Origin: an uncultured bacterium
GTDB lineage: Bacteria > Chloroflexota > UBA5177 > JANWHV01
Assembly: GCA_963827235.1 (NCBI GenBank)
Contig: CAWHAE010000012.1
Coordinates: forward strand, 1,024,001-1,088,000
Length of the DNA: 64,000 nucleotides
Direction: 5' to 3'
Shown here one piece after another: positions 1 through 8,778 of this stretch; the stretch's first letter is position 1; the number at the start of each line of letters is the position of its first letter. Both the position numbers and the translations under genes were made by a program. The notes under the pieces were generated by a model. It saw nothing but the letters and a program-made list of their open reading frames with translations. It made no database searches and had not been told where the DNA came from.

Positions 1-2
1 GG

Positions 3-272
3 CAGCGCGGCCAGGACAAGGCAAACGCACAGATCGCCGGGTTACGCGGCCGGGCCGAGCGGGCCGAGGCCGAGAGCGAACGCGCTGCCGAGTTGCTCGA
101 CGAGCGCCAGCACAGTCACGAGGAAGCCATGGCGGAGCTGCGGGATGAGGCGCGACAGGCAACCGCCGAGGTCCAGCGGCTGGCATCGCTTGCCGAGGAG
201 CGGCGGGTGCGCCTGGAGCAGCTGGCCGCGGACATCCACCGCGCCCGCCGAGGGTGGTGGCGGCTCAGGTAG
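3..272 (+). CDS. 3' end of a coiled-coil protein (partial, runs in from the left edge)
   Basis: My translation of frame 3 is open to TAG at 270-272: QRGQDKANAQIAGLRGRAERAEAESERAAELLDERQ...LEQLAADIHRARRGWWRLR. It is E/R/A-rich, coiled-coil-like and absent from the ORF track. Confidence 0.65.
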   Translation, partial: QRGQDKANAQIAGLRGRAERAEAESERAAELLDERQHSHEEAMAELRDEARQATAEVQRLASLAEERRVRLEQLAADIHRARRGWWRLR

Positions 273-1930
273 TCGCGGCAGAGGCGATGACCGCAATGGC
301 GCCGGCCCGCAGGAGGTCGGCCACCTGATCCGCACCCGGCAGCCCGGTCGTGCGGACCCCGTGATCGACGTTGAGCAGCTCGATGCCGCGCGGCTGGCGG
401 TCCGGTCCGAAGTCAACCCGGCGGCCGTCGTCGAGGTCCTGGCCGCCGGCACACGGAACGTCGCGCAGGGTAATATACGCGGCGCCGGCTTCCGCGTCGT
501 GCTTGAGTGTCATGTTGCCGGCCTCCGCACCCAAATCCCACCCAGTGTCGGCGGCACGTGCCGTTTCCTGTGCCTGGCTGGTAACGGTGATGATCCGAGC
601 CGGGTTGGATCCTCCGGCGACCACGACCCTGATCCGTCGCCGCCCAATCATACGCACATAGCAGGGGTTACCGTACTGATCCGGGTAGGTGACGCCCCGA
701 TCCGCGAGGACCTGCATTACCTCGGCCTGGCTCACTCCGCGGAGGGTCATCTGGTCTCGCGCGTGCTGCGTGAATTGCAACTCCAGCGCTATCCGTGGCT
801 CTCGGCGTCCGGTGAGGCGCAAGCCGAAGGTACCGAGGAGGAGGAGAACCACGACCGTTGCCGCCACGCCAAGCCACGCCAGGGTTGCGGTCTGCCGCGT
901 GGTGCCGTGCGCCGGAGTAGCCGGCACGGCTGCTGCCGGCTGGCCGTGTGGTTGCAGCACGATTGTCGGAACGGGCGTGCCGCTCTGATTCGTCGTTACG
1001 GCACTGGTCAGAGGCACGACTCCTTTCCAGCCGATGGCGCCGCCGCCAAGCATGGCCATGACGCGCACCGCGACGTCATAGGAACCCGGCTGCAGAGCCA
1101 CGGATACCATGGGCACGACCACCGATGCATCGGCTCCCGGCAGCAGCGTGCCGACGGTGAATGGTGTGCTCGTGCTCTGCCTGCCGTTGCCCACCTGCAG
1201 CGTTCCAGAATCCCTTCCACAGCATATTGCCCGTGCTCTGCACCGCGATGGTCGCTTCGCTTCCGTTGCCCAGCGGGTGCAGCGTCACACCGGTGATCTT
1301 CGCGGCAAAAGCCTGCCTACCGGGCACGGTGACGACGAGTGCCACGAGCTGGCGATAGTGAACGTCGATCCCTATCGACTTGCCCATATGCTGGTGCTGC
1401 ACGCTCTGGTCCTCGAAGGCCACGGCACCCACATACTGGCCGGCTGCCACGCCGACGGGCACGTGGACCGTCGCAGTGACCACGCGCGTCTCGCCAGGCG
1501 CCAACGTGACCTGACCGGGACTGACGTTCATCCAGGTACCCACGAGCTTCGCCGGCGATTGCCGGGATCCGTAGCCTATGCCGCCGGCCGACATCTCCAC
1601 TCCGTCAGTCGCATAGGCGAACAAGGCCAGCGCCGCCGTGCCGAGGTTCTTCACGGTAATAGGCGCGTTGCGTTGCTGCCCGGCCTGCATGGTGACGGTG
1701 AAGTAGCCCAGCCCAATCTCGCTTGCCGGCTGGCCCGATTCGGGCTGGATGGCAAATGATGGCTTGCCCGCGGCAGCGCACGCCGGTGATATGGTGACCA
1801 GCCCGAGCAGAGCGGGACAGAGGGCCGCCAACACAAGCGCGACCGCGGTCGCTTGAGTCCAGACCGCGGTTGGGGGGCGCCACACGCTCCGGCGCTCTCG
1901 AGACCCCGGTGCCATTCGGTCTGCCATCAC
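265..1930 (-). CDS. WxL-interacting (DUF916/DUF3324-like) surface protein with C-terminal TM helix, fused to DUF4258-like and DUF2283-like domains; one frameshift at ~1210
   Basis: ORF 1076-1930 has a signal peptide and DUF916-like motifs (GYFTVTMQAGQ, VKNLG, YATDG, GQYVGAVAF). ORF 265-1194 continues it: removing one base gives NMLWKG-SGTLQV, matching paralog VLWNGTGTLRI. Then follow TM WLGVAATVVVLLLLGTFGL, FTQHARDQMTLRGVSQAEV...IITV and KHDAEAGAAYITL...VDFGPDRQPRGIELL. Confidence 0.75.
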
Positions 1931-2967
1931 TATGGCCGCGCCCTCGTGGCGGACGGCGAGGCGGGCGGGTAAGCAGGCGACAGGACGTGTACCGAAACGG
2001 GCGTAGCGCTCGGGGAGCGCGGAGCAGGCACGCGCAGATCGCCCTTCCAGTCGGCGCGCGCTCCGCCGGAATTGCCACGCACCGATACCTGCAGATGATA
2101 TGTGCCCGCCCGGAGCGCCTTGAGCGGCACCGGCACGGGTACCTGCGCGCTCGCTCCGGGAAGAATCGTTTCAATGACGAACCGCACCGGCTCATACTTC
2201 GACCCCGGACCCTGTATGCGCAGCGTTCCAGTGCCGTTCCAGAGCACGGTGCCAGTGTTGCGGACCGCGACGATAGCCGTGCCGCCCCACGACGTCACCG
2301 CCACCGTGGCGCCGCCCACGCGCACCGCCGGCCGCTGTCTGCCCGGTACGGTGATCACGACGGCGATCACATGGCGATAGTGCACGTCAAAACTGAAAGT
2401 GGACCCTCGAGCGGCATGCGCCTTCTGGCCGTTCTTCGCGCCGCGCATAGGATCGCCGGTCTGCACGAGCCGATTCTCGAAGGCGAGGCCACCGACATAC
2501 TGGCCGGGCGCCAGGCCCTTTGGCACATGGATGGTGGCGGACACGAGGCGAGCCTTTCCGCGCGCCACGACGAGCGACGCCGGCTTCACGACTATCCAGG
2601 TACCGACCAGAAAGCGCCGTTCGTCTGCTGTCCGGAACCCGACACCGCCCATTGTAATGGGCGCGGCATCGACTGCATAGTCAGCCAATTGTAATGTCGT
2701 CGTTCCCGTGTTGCCGACCACGACGCGGACTTCCCAGGTCTCACCTGGCAGCAGTGTGAGCGTGAAATAGCCACGCCGGATCTGGTCCGCGGGCTGGCCA
2801 TGCTGCAGCCGAACCGCGTAAGCAGACTGCTGGGCGGCGATCAACCCGGTCCCTGCTGCCTGCGAAGTGGTCTCCGCCGCTACAGGGCTCCCACGGGGAA
2901 TCGGCGACAGTACGCTGAAGCCCAGGCCCCATGCTACCACGAGCATCGAAGCACTATGAATGCGCAT
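1930..2967 (-). CDS. WxL-interacting DUF916-family secreted protein, no C-terminal TM
   Basis: Paralog of the downstream gene (GYFTLTLLPGE, VGNTG, YAVDA, GQYVGGLAF). Likely start MRIHSASM at 2967 with signal peptide. Its stop overlaps the next start. Confidence 0.75.
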   Translation of the reverse strand: MRIHSASMLVVAWGLGFSVLSPIPRGSPVAAETTSQAAGTGLIAAQQSAYAVRLQHGQPADQIRRGYFTLTLLPGETWEVRVVVGNTGTTTLQLADYAVDAAPITMGGVGFRTADERRFLVGTWIVVKPASLVVARGKARLVSATIHVPKGLAPGQYVGGLAFENRLVQTGDPMRGAKNGQKAHAARGSTFSFDVHYRHVIAVVITVPGRQRPAVRVGGATVAVTSWGGTAIVAVRNTGTVLWNGTGTLRIQGPGSKYEPVRFVIETILPGASAQVPVPVPLKALRAGTYHLQVSVRGNSGGARADWKGDLRVPAPRSPSATPVSVHVLSPAYPPASPSATRARP

Positions 2968-3072
2968 ATCCCAGCTCACCTTGGCATAGTTGCTATGGCT
3001 TCCCGGCATGTGACCGCGGTCGCAGGGCAGGAACGTGCGGCTGCGGTCACGCGCAGCGTGATCGGTCATGCG

Positions 3073-3095
3073 GACAGACTGCCAAGCCGTCTGTC
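3073..3095 (-). terminator. Stem-loop downstream of the WxL gene (partial terminator or mRNA stabiliser)
   Basis: GACAGAC-N9-GTCTGTC inverted repeat between the WxL and DUF916 genes. Confidence 0.35.
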
Positions 3096-3129
3096 AAAGC
3101 GGCGGCTCCGGCACGGACAGGTGCCTCGA

Positions 3130-3786
3130 TTACGGCCCGGTGCTGATCGATACCGTGGCCGAGGAGGCGTAGGTCCCGGCGAAAGCGTTGGCAGGAATGG
3201 TCAGAGTCGTCGCCATGGTCGAGAAATCGAACTCGCCCATGCCGCAGCCGCCGCTGGCAGGGGCGCAGGCCACGTCGTGGAAGTCGTCGGCATATGCCAG
3301 CGTCACCGGCGAGCCCGAGCCCATGTCAAGCGGCGTACCCGCGGACACCACGACGATCGTGGCGGGACTGCTGCAGGTGCTTGGGCTACCGCAGAACGCG
3401 CTATCCGCCAGGACTGTCGGCGCCGTCTTCACCACGATGGACGACGTGGGAATCGTGTGGCCGCCCGACGTGGTGGTGAGCTGCGTGAGCTCGAGGGTGA
3501 GTCTCCAGCCGGTGTCCGCACCGCTCGCGTCCGTGACGTTCCCAATCGAGATGCTGTGGTCGACCGTCTGTCGCCCGGCCGAGAGCAACGCCGTGCCGAA
3601 ATCGCTGCCGGTGAAGGTGATGTCCCCTCCCGTCACCGGGTCCCCAGTCAACTGAAAGCCCGGGCCGGTGCCGGTCACGCTGCCGTCGGCTCGTACCGGC
3701 AACGACGGGGCGACTGCCGTGAGGCTTGCCACGAGAGCCACACAGGCCACGACGCACTGTGCCAACCTGAAGTAGCGTCCGTTCAT
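3130..3786 (-). CDS. WxL domain cell-surface protein
   Basis: Signal peptide ending VRA, VTDASGADTGWRLTL (WxL motif) and C-terminal LTIPANAFAGTYASSATVSISTGP. Start MNGRY at 3786 follows GGGGAA. Confidence 0.8.
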   Translation of the reverse strand: MNGRYFRLAQCVVACVALVASLTAVAPSLPVRADGSVTGTGPGFQLTGDPVTGGDITFTGSDFGTALLSAGRQTVDHSISIGNVTDASGADTGWRLTLELTQLTTTSGGHTIPTSSIVVKTAPTVLADSAFCGSPSTCSSPATIVVVSAGTPLDMGSGSPVTLAYADDFHDVACAPASGGCGMGEFDFSTMATTLTIPANAFAGTYASSATVSISTGP

Positions 3787-4516
3787 GTCTTGTTTCCCCC
3801 ATGGTCCACGTGAAGTGTGTGGACACGCATTCCCGGCAGCCGCGCTCACGCGTCGAGCGCTTTGCCGGCAGCGCTTCCGGCAGAGCCTGCTTCTCCGGAC
3901 TCCCCCTCCATCTTGAGTACCAAGCAGTGTGAACTACTACCAGTAGTGGCTCATGCCGGCTAGATGTTTCCTTCGATATACAGCAGGGCTCGGGGCCTGC
4001 CTATCACCCAAATGGTTACAGGCACCCATTTGCGATGCGGCGGGCGTCGCACGCTCTGTCCGCGTGTTCTTCGGAATGGGCCGGCTCGCCAACAGCGCAG
4101 CGCATGTCTCGGCCCGCCCGAGCGGAGCCGATGCTCCGTTTGCTATGTCCCATGCGGTTCGAGCAAGGCGCTCCAAACGCTACCGCCAGATGGGAACGAT
4201 GAGGACGCCCACCAGCAGATAGCCCGCCGTGTGCAGGACACATGACCCACCGGCGCCCACCGGCCCGGCGAAGGGACCCGTAGCGCCGGCTCCACCGCCG
4301 GCAGGATCACGCGGCCTGGCCGGCACCCGGCACCCGGCACCCGGAGCACGCTAATAACAGCTATCCTTTGGATGGCGCTGGCCGGGGGGAAGGTACGAAG
4401 AAGAGCCGGTGCTCGTGGCGCGGTGGCCGCCTGGAGGCGGTATGTACGACAGTCTCTGGACGCGCGGTGCCCAAGCGCAGCACAACCGAGGCCACCGCCG
4501 GTGAAAGGATGCCTGG

Positions 4517-5089
4517 ATGGACATCGTGCTGCGTGCCGTCGAATTCGCCGCCAGATATCACGATGGCCAGAAGCGCAAAGGCACACGGGACCCCTACATC
4601 GGCCATCCGTTTTCCGTCGGCATGATCCTCGCGCGGCACGGTTACGACGGCGAGGTTGTCGCGGCCGGGATCTTGCACGATACCCTGGAGGACACGAAGG
4701 CAACCGCCGATGACTTGCGCCGCGAGTTCGGCGATCGCGTGGCCGCGCTCGTCGAAGGAGCGAGCGAGCCCGCCAAGTGGCGACCGTGGCTGCAGCGGAA
4801 GCGCCACACGATCGAGTTCCTGCAAACAGCGCCTCTGGATATGCGCGTCGTGTCGGCGGCCGACAAACTGCACAATCTTCTGACCATGGAGCGCGATCTG
4901 GCAGCGGTCGGCGAGGTGTTCTGGCGGCGATTCCAGCGCGGCAGATCCGAGCAGGAATGGTATTACCGGCAGGTCGCCGCCGCCATCACGCGCAACGGGC
5001 CCGAGGAGTCTCCGCTGTTCGGGGAGATGCTGGCAGCGCTCGAGAAGGTGTTCGGCTGTTTCCTTGAGGTCGAGGATGTGAAAGGCTAG
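4517..5089 (+). CDS. HD-domain small alarmone hydrolase (Mesh1/SpoT hydrolase-like)
   Basis: Motifs HDGQKRK, PYIGHP, AAGILHDTLEDT and ADKLHNL; upstream GAAAGGA. Confidence 0.85.
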   Translation: MDIVLRAVEFAARYHDGQKRKGTRDPYIGHPFSVGMILARHGYDGEVVAAGILHDTLEDTKATADDLRREFGDRVAALVEGASEPAKWRPWLQRKRHTIEFLQTAPLDMRVVSAADKLHNLLTMERDLAAVGEVFWRRFQRGRSEQEWYYRQVAAAITRNGPEESPLFGEMLAALEKVFGCFLEVEDVKG

Positions 5090-5129
5090 TGCAATCGAGT
5101 AAGCGTTATATAGAAAGGTCTGGATTTCC

Positions 5130-6266
5130 ATGCATCCTCGCCGGCCCGCCGCTCTGATGCTCGCCGCGGTCCTCTGCCTCGTGTGCTCGTCCGGCGCGAC
5201 GCGCACCTCCGCCTCTGCCGCGCTGCCGGTGGCCGCCGGACCGGACTGGATGGGTGCCCTGGCCTCCCAGATCGGTCCGCTTCCCCTGAACGAGATCGTG
5301 TTGCCGGGCACGCACGATTCCGCTACCTTTTCGATCCCGGCTGCCGGCCGCACGTCACAGGCACCGGCCGGTGCCGTATCCCCCGACGCGGTCGATCCAA
5401 GCGACCCCCTCACCGCCCTCACCGCACTGTTGCCGCGCGCCGTCACGGAACGGATAAGCGCTCCCTGGTCCCGCGCGCAGGACCTGGATATCGCAGAGCA
5501 GCTCGCCGCGGGCGTCCGCTACCTGGACCTCCGCGTGTGCGCCGGCCCTGCAGCGCATCCCGGACTCTACGCCTGCCACGGGCTGTACGGCGCCCCCCTG
5601 CGCTCGGCGGTGCTCAATCCGGCGGCCTCCTTTCTTGCCGCCCATCCGCGAGAGATCTTGATTCTCGACTTCCACCACTTTGCCGGCTCCGCGGTCCGGG
5701 GCATCATGCCGGCCGCCCTGCACCAGGAGCTCGCCGGCGAGATCCATGCCGCGTTCCGCGGTTTGCTGCTTCCGCCCGGTCCGCTCGGCGCCGCCATCAC
5801 GCTCAACGCCGTCTGGCAGACGCCGGGCCGCGTGATCGTGCTCTACAACGACGGCCCCACCGTGCGCGCCAACCCCGACTTCTGGCCCTACGCGGACACG
5901 ATCATTGCCTGGCCGAGTACCGACAGCCTGCCGGTACTCGAGCAACGCGTGGCCGCCAATCTGCTGTGCCGGTGCGACGCACTGCATGGCGTTCGTGCCG
6001 CCGGCGACGCGTTTTTCGATCTGCAGATGCAGCGGACGCCGAGCCGAGCCGTCTATATCGCCGGCACGTTCGGCACGGGCCGCGTCCGCTCGCTGCGCGA
6101 CCTGGCAGCCTCCAACGCGCCGGTGCTCGCCTATCTCAGCGCACTGATGGGCAGCTCGGCGGGAGCGGCCCGCGCCCACCTCAACGTGCTGACCACGGAC
6201 TTCGTCGAGTCGCCCGCCCTGCTCCCTATCGCGGAGGCGCTCGACACGGCTCGCGCCACCGGCTAG
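5130..6266 (+). CDS. Secreted phosphatidylinositol-specific phospholipase C (PI-PLC X domain) family protein
   Basis: Signal peptide plus LPGTHDSAT, QL.AGVRYLDLRV, CHG and HPREILILDF. Confidence 0.85.
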   Translation: MHPRRPAALMLAAVLCLVCSSGATRTSASAALPVAAGPDWMGALASQIGPLPLNEIVLPGTHDSATFSIPAAGRTSQAPAGAVSPDAVDPSDPLTALTALLPRAVTERISAPWSRAQDLDIAEQLAAGVRYLDLRVCAGPAAHPGLYACHGLYGAPLRSAVLNPAASFLAAHPREILILDFHHFAGSAVRGIMPAALHQELAGEIHAAFRGLLLPPGPLGAAITLNAVWQTPGRVIVLYNDGPTVRANPDFWPYADTIIAWPSTDSLPVLEQRVAANLLCRCDALHGVRAAGDAFFDLQMQRTPSRAVYIAGTFGTGRVRSLRDLAASNAPVLAYLSALMGSSAGAARAHLNVLTTDFVESPALLPIAEALDTARATG

Positions 6267-6532
6267 AGAAGCGCGGAGAGCACCGGAGGCAGCACGCCGC
6301 CATCCTGCAGGACACTGGCTGCCGGCAACCGGAGCTCGGGCTGTGGCCGTCCGGCAACGCACCGGGACGCAGGCCCTCTCGGACGTCGTGACGTCAAGCT
6401 TGTTGTCTCGCGACGGTGCCCGCCATGCCAAGCACGTCTGGAGGCGGCCGAGGCCTTGGATCGTGCGATGCAGGTCCGCTCTCAACGGTGGAGGAAGACG
6501 GTGCTATCGAGATCGCTTGCCGCGCGCTGCCG

Positions 6533-6766
6533 TCAGTGCGTCGATACCTGTCTGACGTCGTTCGTAATCGAGCCGTCCGGCAGCAGCCAGTGATTGGCCT
6601 GACCGCGTTCCCGTCTCGGACAGGGAGAGCTGGGCGGAGATGCCAGCCTGGTTCGGAGGCCGCAAAACGTACATTCCAGGAAGCTATCGTCAGGATCGTC
6701 AGTGAACCGGTCGACGTGCCACCAGTGCTCTCGCCCGGCCCTCCAGTTCCGGCCAAATGTCCACAT
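6533..6766 (-). CDS. Small hypothetical Cys/His-rich protein, possible zinc binder
   Basis: 77 aa with GGAGA RBS; HWWH, CTFC, CP and NHW motifs; divergent from TetR. Confidence 0.4.
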   Translation of the reverse strand: MWTFGRNWRAGREHWWHVDRFTDDPDDSFLECTFCGLRTRLASPPSSPCPRRERGQANHWLLPDGSITNDVRQVSTH

Positions 6767-6941
6767 AGTCGTTCTCCGTATGGATACTTCTGCCGGTCAG
6801 GCAGACCGCTGTAGCTCCAGCGTGACACACACTAGAGGTAAATGCAAGTTCACTTTCAGTGCTAATAGTACCGGTTTGCGCGCGCACCTGTGCACTCCCC
6901 AAGAGCTACCCTCCACCAGCACACCACCAGGCAGATTCAAG

Positions 6942-6973
6942 AAGTGGAATACGCCCTCCACTTGTGCTACACT
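6942..6973 (+). promoter_or_regulatory. TetR operator overlapping the promoter of a leaderless tetR
   Basis: AAGTGGA-N8-TCCACTT (6942-6963), then extended -10 TGcTACACT ending 6 nt before ATG 6980. Confidence 0.65.
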
Positions 6974-6979
6974 CAAGCA

Positions 6980-7699
6980 ATGAACGACGCAGCAGATCTG
7001 CCCACGACCCCGGAACCGGAGCGTGCGGGTGATCGGTGTACGCTGCGGGCCGACGCGGAACGCAACCGCCGGCTGATCGTGGAGGCAGCACGCGCGGTAT
7101 TCGCAGAGCGCGGCCTCGACGTGCCGTTGGAGGCGATCGCCCAGCGGGCGGGCGTAGGGATCGCGACCCTCTATCGCCGCTTCCCGACACGCGAGGATCT
7201 GATCGCGGCCAGCTTCGCGGACAAGATGGCCGAGTACGCGAAGGCAGCAGCGGAGGCGCTGCAGGAGCCGGATGCCTGGTCCGGCTTCTGCGACTACATG
7301 AAGCGTGTGTGCGCGATGCAGGCGAACGACCGCGGTCTGCGCGAAGTGCTGACGCTGGCCTTTTCCAGGAACGCGGCCCTGGAGGCTCAGCGAGCCCAGG
7401 CGTACGCGTCCTTCGTCGAGCTCGTGTGCCGGGCCCAGGCCGGCGGCATGCTGCGTGGCGATTTCGTGCCGGAGGACCTGGTCTTGCTGCTGATGGCCAA
7501 CGCCGGGGTGGTGCAGGGCATGCGCGAAGCCGCGCCTGCGGCCTGGCAGCGTCTCGTCGGCCTGATGATCGACGCCTGTCGCGCCGACCACGCAAGCGCC
7601 CTGCCGCCGCCGCCCACGCCCGCCCAGGTGTACCGCGCCATGCGCCGGCTATCGCGCGCGCCAAAGGAGGCTGGGAGCCGGGCCCTGAGCTGCGGATGA
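6980..7699 (+). CDS. TetR/AcrR family transcriptional regulator
   Basis: LRADAERNRRLIVEAARAVFAERGLDVPLEAIAQRAGVGIATLYRRFPTR HTH. Confidence 0.95.
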   Translation: MNDAADLPTTPEPERAGDRCTLRADAERNRRLIVEAARAVFAERGLDVPLEAIAQRAGVGIATLYRRFPTREDLIAASFADKMAEYAKAAAEALQEPDAWSGFCDYMKRVCAMQANDRGLREVLTLAFSRNAALEAQRAQAYASFVELVCRAQAGGMLRGDFVPEDLVLLLMANAGVVQGMREAAPAAWQRLVGLMIDACRADHASALPPPPTPAQVYRAMRRLSRAPKEAGSRALSCG

Positions 7700-7879
7700 T
7701 ATCCCAAGCACTCACAGTGAGTGCCGGCCCGGGTTTCCAGAGGAGCGGATGAGCAGAGGCGGACGACCGCCGTTCTTGGTGCACGCCGCATCATCGCACG
7801 ATCGCAGCAGGTGGGTGCTGAGGCCGGACCTGGAGCCGCCGGGCGATCGAGAGAATCCCGCGGCGGCAGGCAAGCAGCA

Positions 7880-7933
7880 GCAAAGACATGGGTGGGAGCC
7901 ACCTGCTGAGGTGGCTCCCACCCATGTCTTTGC
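7880..7933. terminator. Perfect 25-bp hairpin between convergent genes, probable bidirectional terminator
   Basis: GCAAAGACATGGGTGGGAGCCACCT-gctg-AGGTGGCTCCCACCCATGTCTTTGC. Confidence 0.75.
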
Positions 7934-7951
7934 AACGGCAACCGGGAACGT

Positions 7952-8524
7952 CTACCGGCGACCGAGCAGCCTCGCGAAGAGTGGAGTGCCGGACAGCCCG
8001 GGAGCAAGAAACAGCTCGTAGAGCAGGGCCAGGAACACGACAATCGTGGCGAGGGTCATGCCGATAGCCGCGTAGAGCGCGTAGCTGCCGACCGTCCACC
8101 AGCCCCAGGCATTGAGCAGCAGGCCACGCAGGGTCTCGCCGCGGAACAGGGTCTGCACTTCCCCGGCCAGGGCCTGGTTCTTGGGAGCAGCCATGGAGAG
8201 TGCGCTCACCTCGGAGTAGGTCTTGCCGCCGCCGATCTCGCGAAGGTGAACGGCCATGTAGTGATTTGCCCAGGTCTTAGCCTGGTCTCCGTTATCCAGC
8301 GCCTCTCCGGCGTACTGCCGCATGGCCGCGGCATCGGCGGGGGGCAGGGCGGACAGCGAGGGATTATTGGCGGCGGGGAACGTGATATGCTGCGAAACCA
8401 GTTCGTCGTGCACGTACGAATGCGTGAAGTTGGCAGCCCAGTAGAGGAAGCCCGAAACGAAAGCAAGGACGACGACGAGCACAATCTGGAGAGTGATCAC
8501 ACGCCAGCGAAGATCGGAAGACAT
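7952..8524 (-). CDS. Two-TM membrane protein with an extracytoplasmic helical domain (family often loosely labelled LigA-like)
   Basis: N- and C-terminal TM helices around QYAGE.LDNGDQAK.WANHYMAVHL...TLFRGETLRGLLLNAW. Start is 8524 or 8533. Confidence 0.75.
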   Translation of the reverse strand: MSSDLRWRVITLQIVLVVVLAFVSGFLYWAANFTHSYVHDELVSQHITFPAANNPSLSALPPADAAAMRQYAGEALDNGDQAKTWANHYMAVHLREIGGGKTYSEVSALSMAAPKNQALAGEVQTLFRGETLRGLLLNAWGWWTVGSYALYAAIGMTLATIVVFLALLYELFLAPGLSGTPLFARLLGRR

Positions 8525-8740
8525 CGTAACCATCACTTTCTGCGCTGCCGTTTGCACGGGCATGCGCAAGCAAGAAAAGCCCTCCACGTGCGCACCACGC
8601 GCGTTGTATGCTGGTACATGAGAATCGCCGCCCATATGCCGCGGCGACGCATGTCCCTCGAGCAACTGGAACCGCGGCACACACACTCGCGCGATGTGAG
8701 CGACCGCCGTGCTTGCATCCAGGGGACAACATGATCTAAG

Positions 8741-8760
8741 ATTTGTTTGTGCAAGCAAAT
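8741..8760. promoter_or_regulatory. Putative MarR operator, copy 1
   Basis: Near-palindrome ATTTGTTTGTGCAAGCAAAT directly upstream of marR, repeated at 9423-9442. Confidence 0.65.
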
Positions 8761-8778
8761 TAGCATAAGATGGATGCC

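Noticed and set aside
145-1296. 383-aa plus-strand ORF and the many other long antisense ORFs (e.g. 37620-39383, 47667-49274, 40219-41439)
   Set aside because: They are shadow frames of real opposite-strand genes in high-GC DNA and carry no motifs.
3790-3950. Possible c-di-GMP riboswitch upstream of the WxL gene (GGCAAA on the minus strand)
   Set aside because: The GNRA stem and second GCAAA element of class I are not recognisable; an Rfam search would be needed.
4320-4344. CCGGCAC short tandem repeat
   Set aside because: About three copies in intergenic GC-rich DNA with no spacers; not CRISPR and no evident function.
7952-8524. Aromatic ring-opening dioxygenase LigA function
   Set aside because: It is a two-TM protein with no LigB partner; the label is likely a propagated misannotation.
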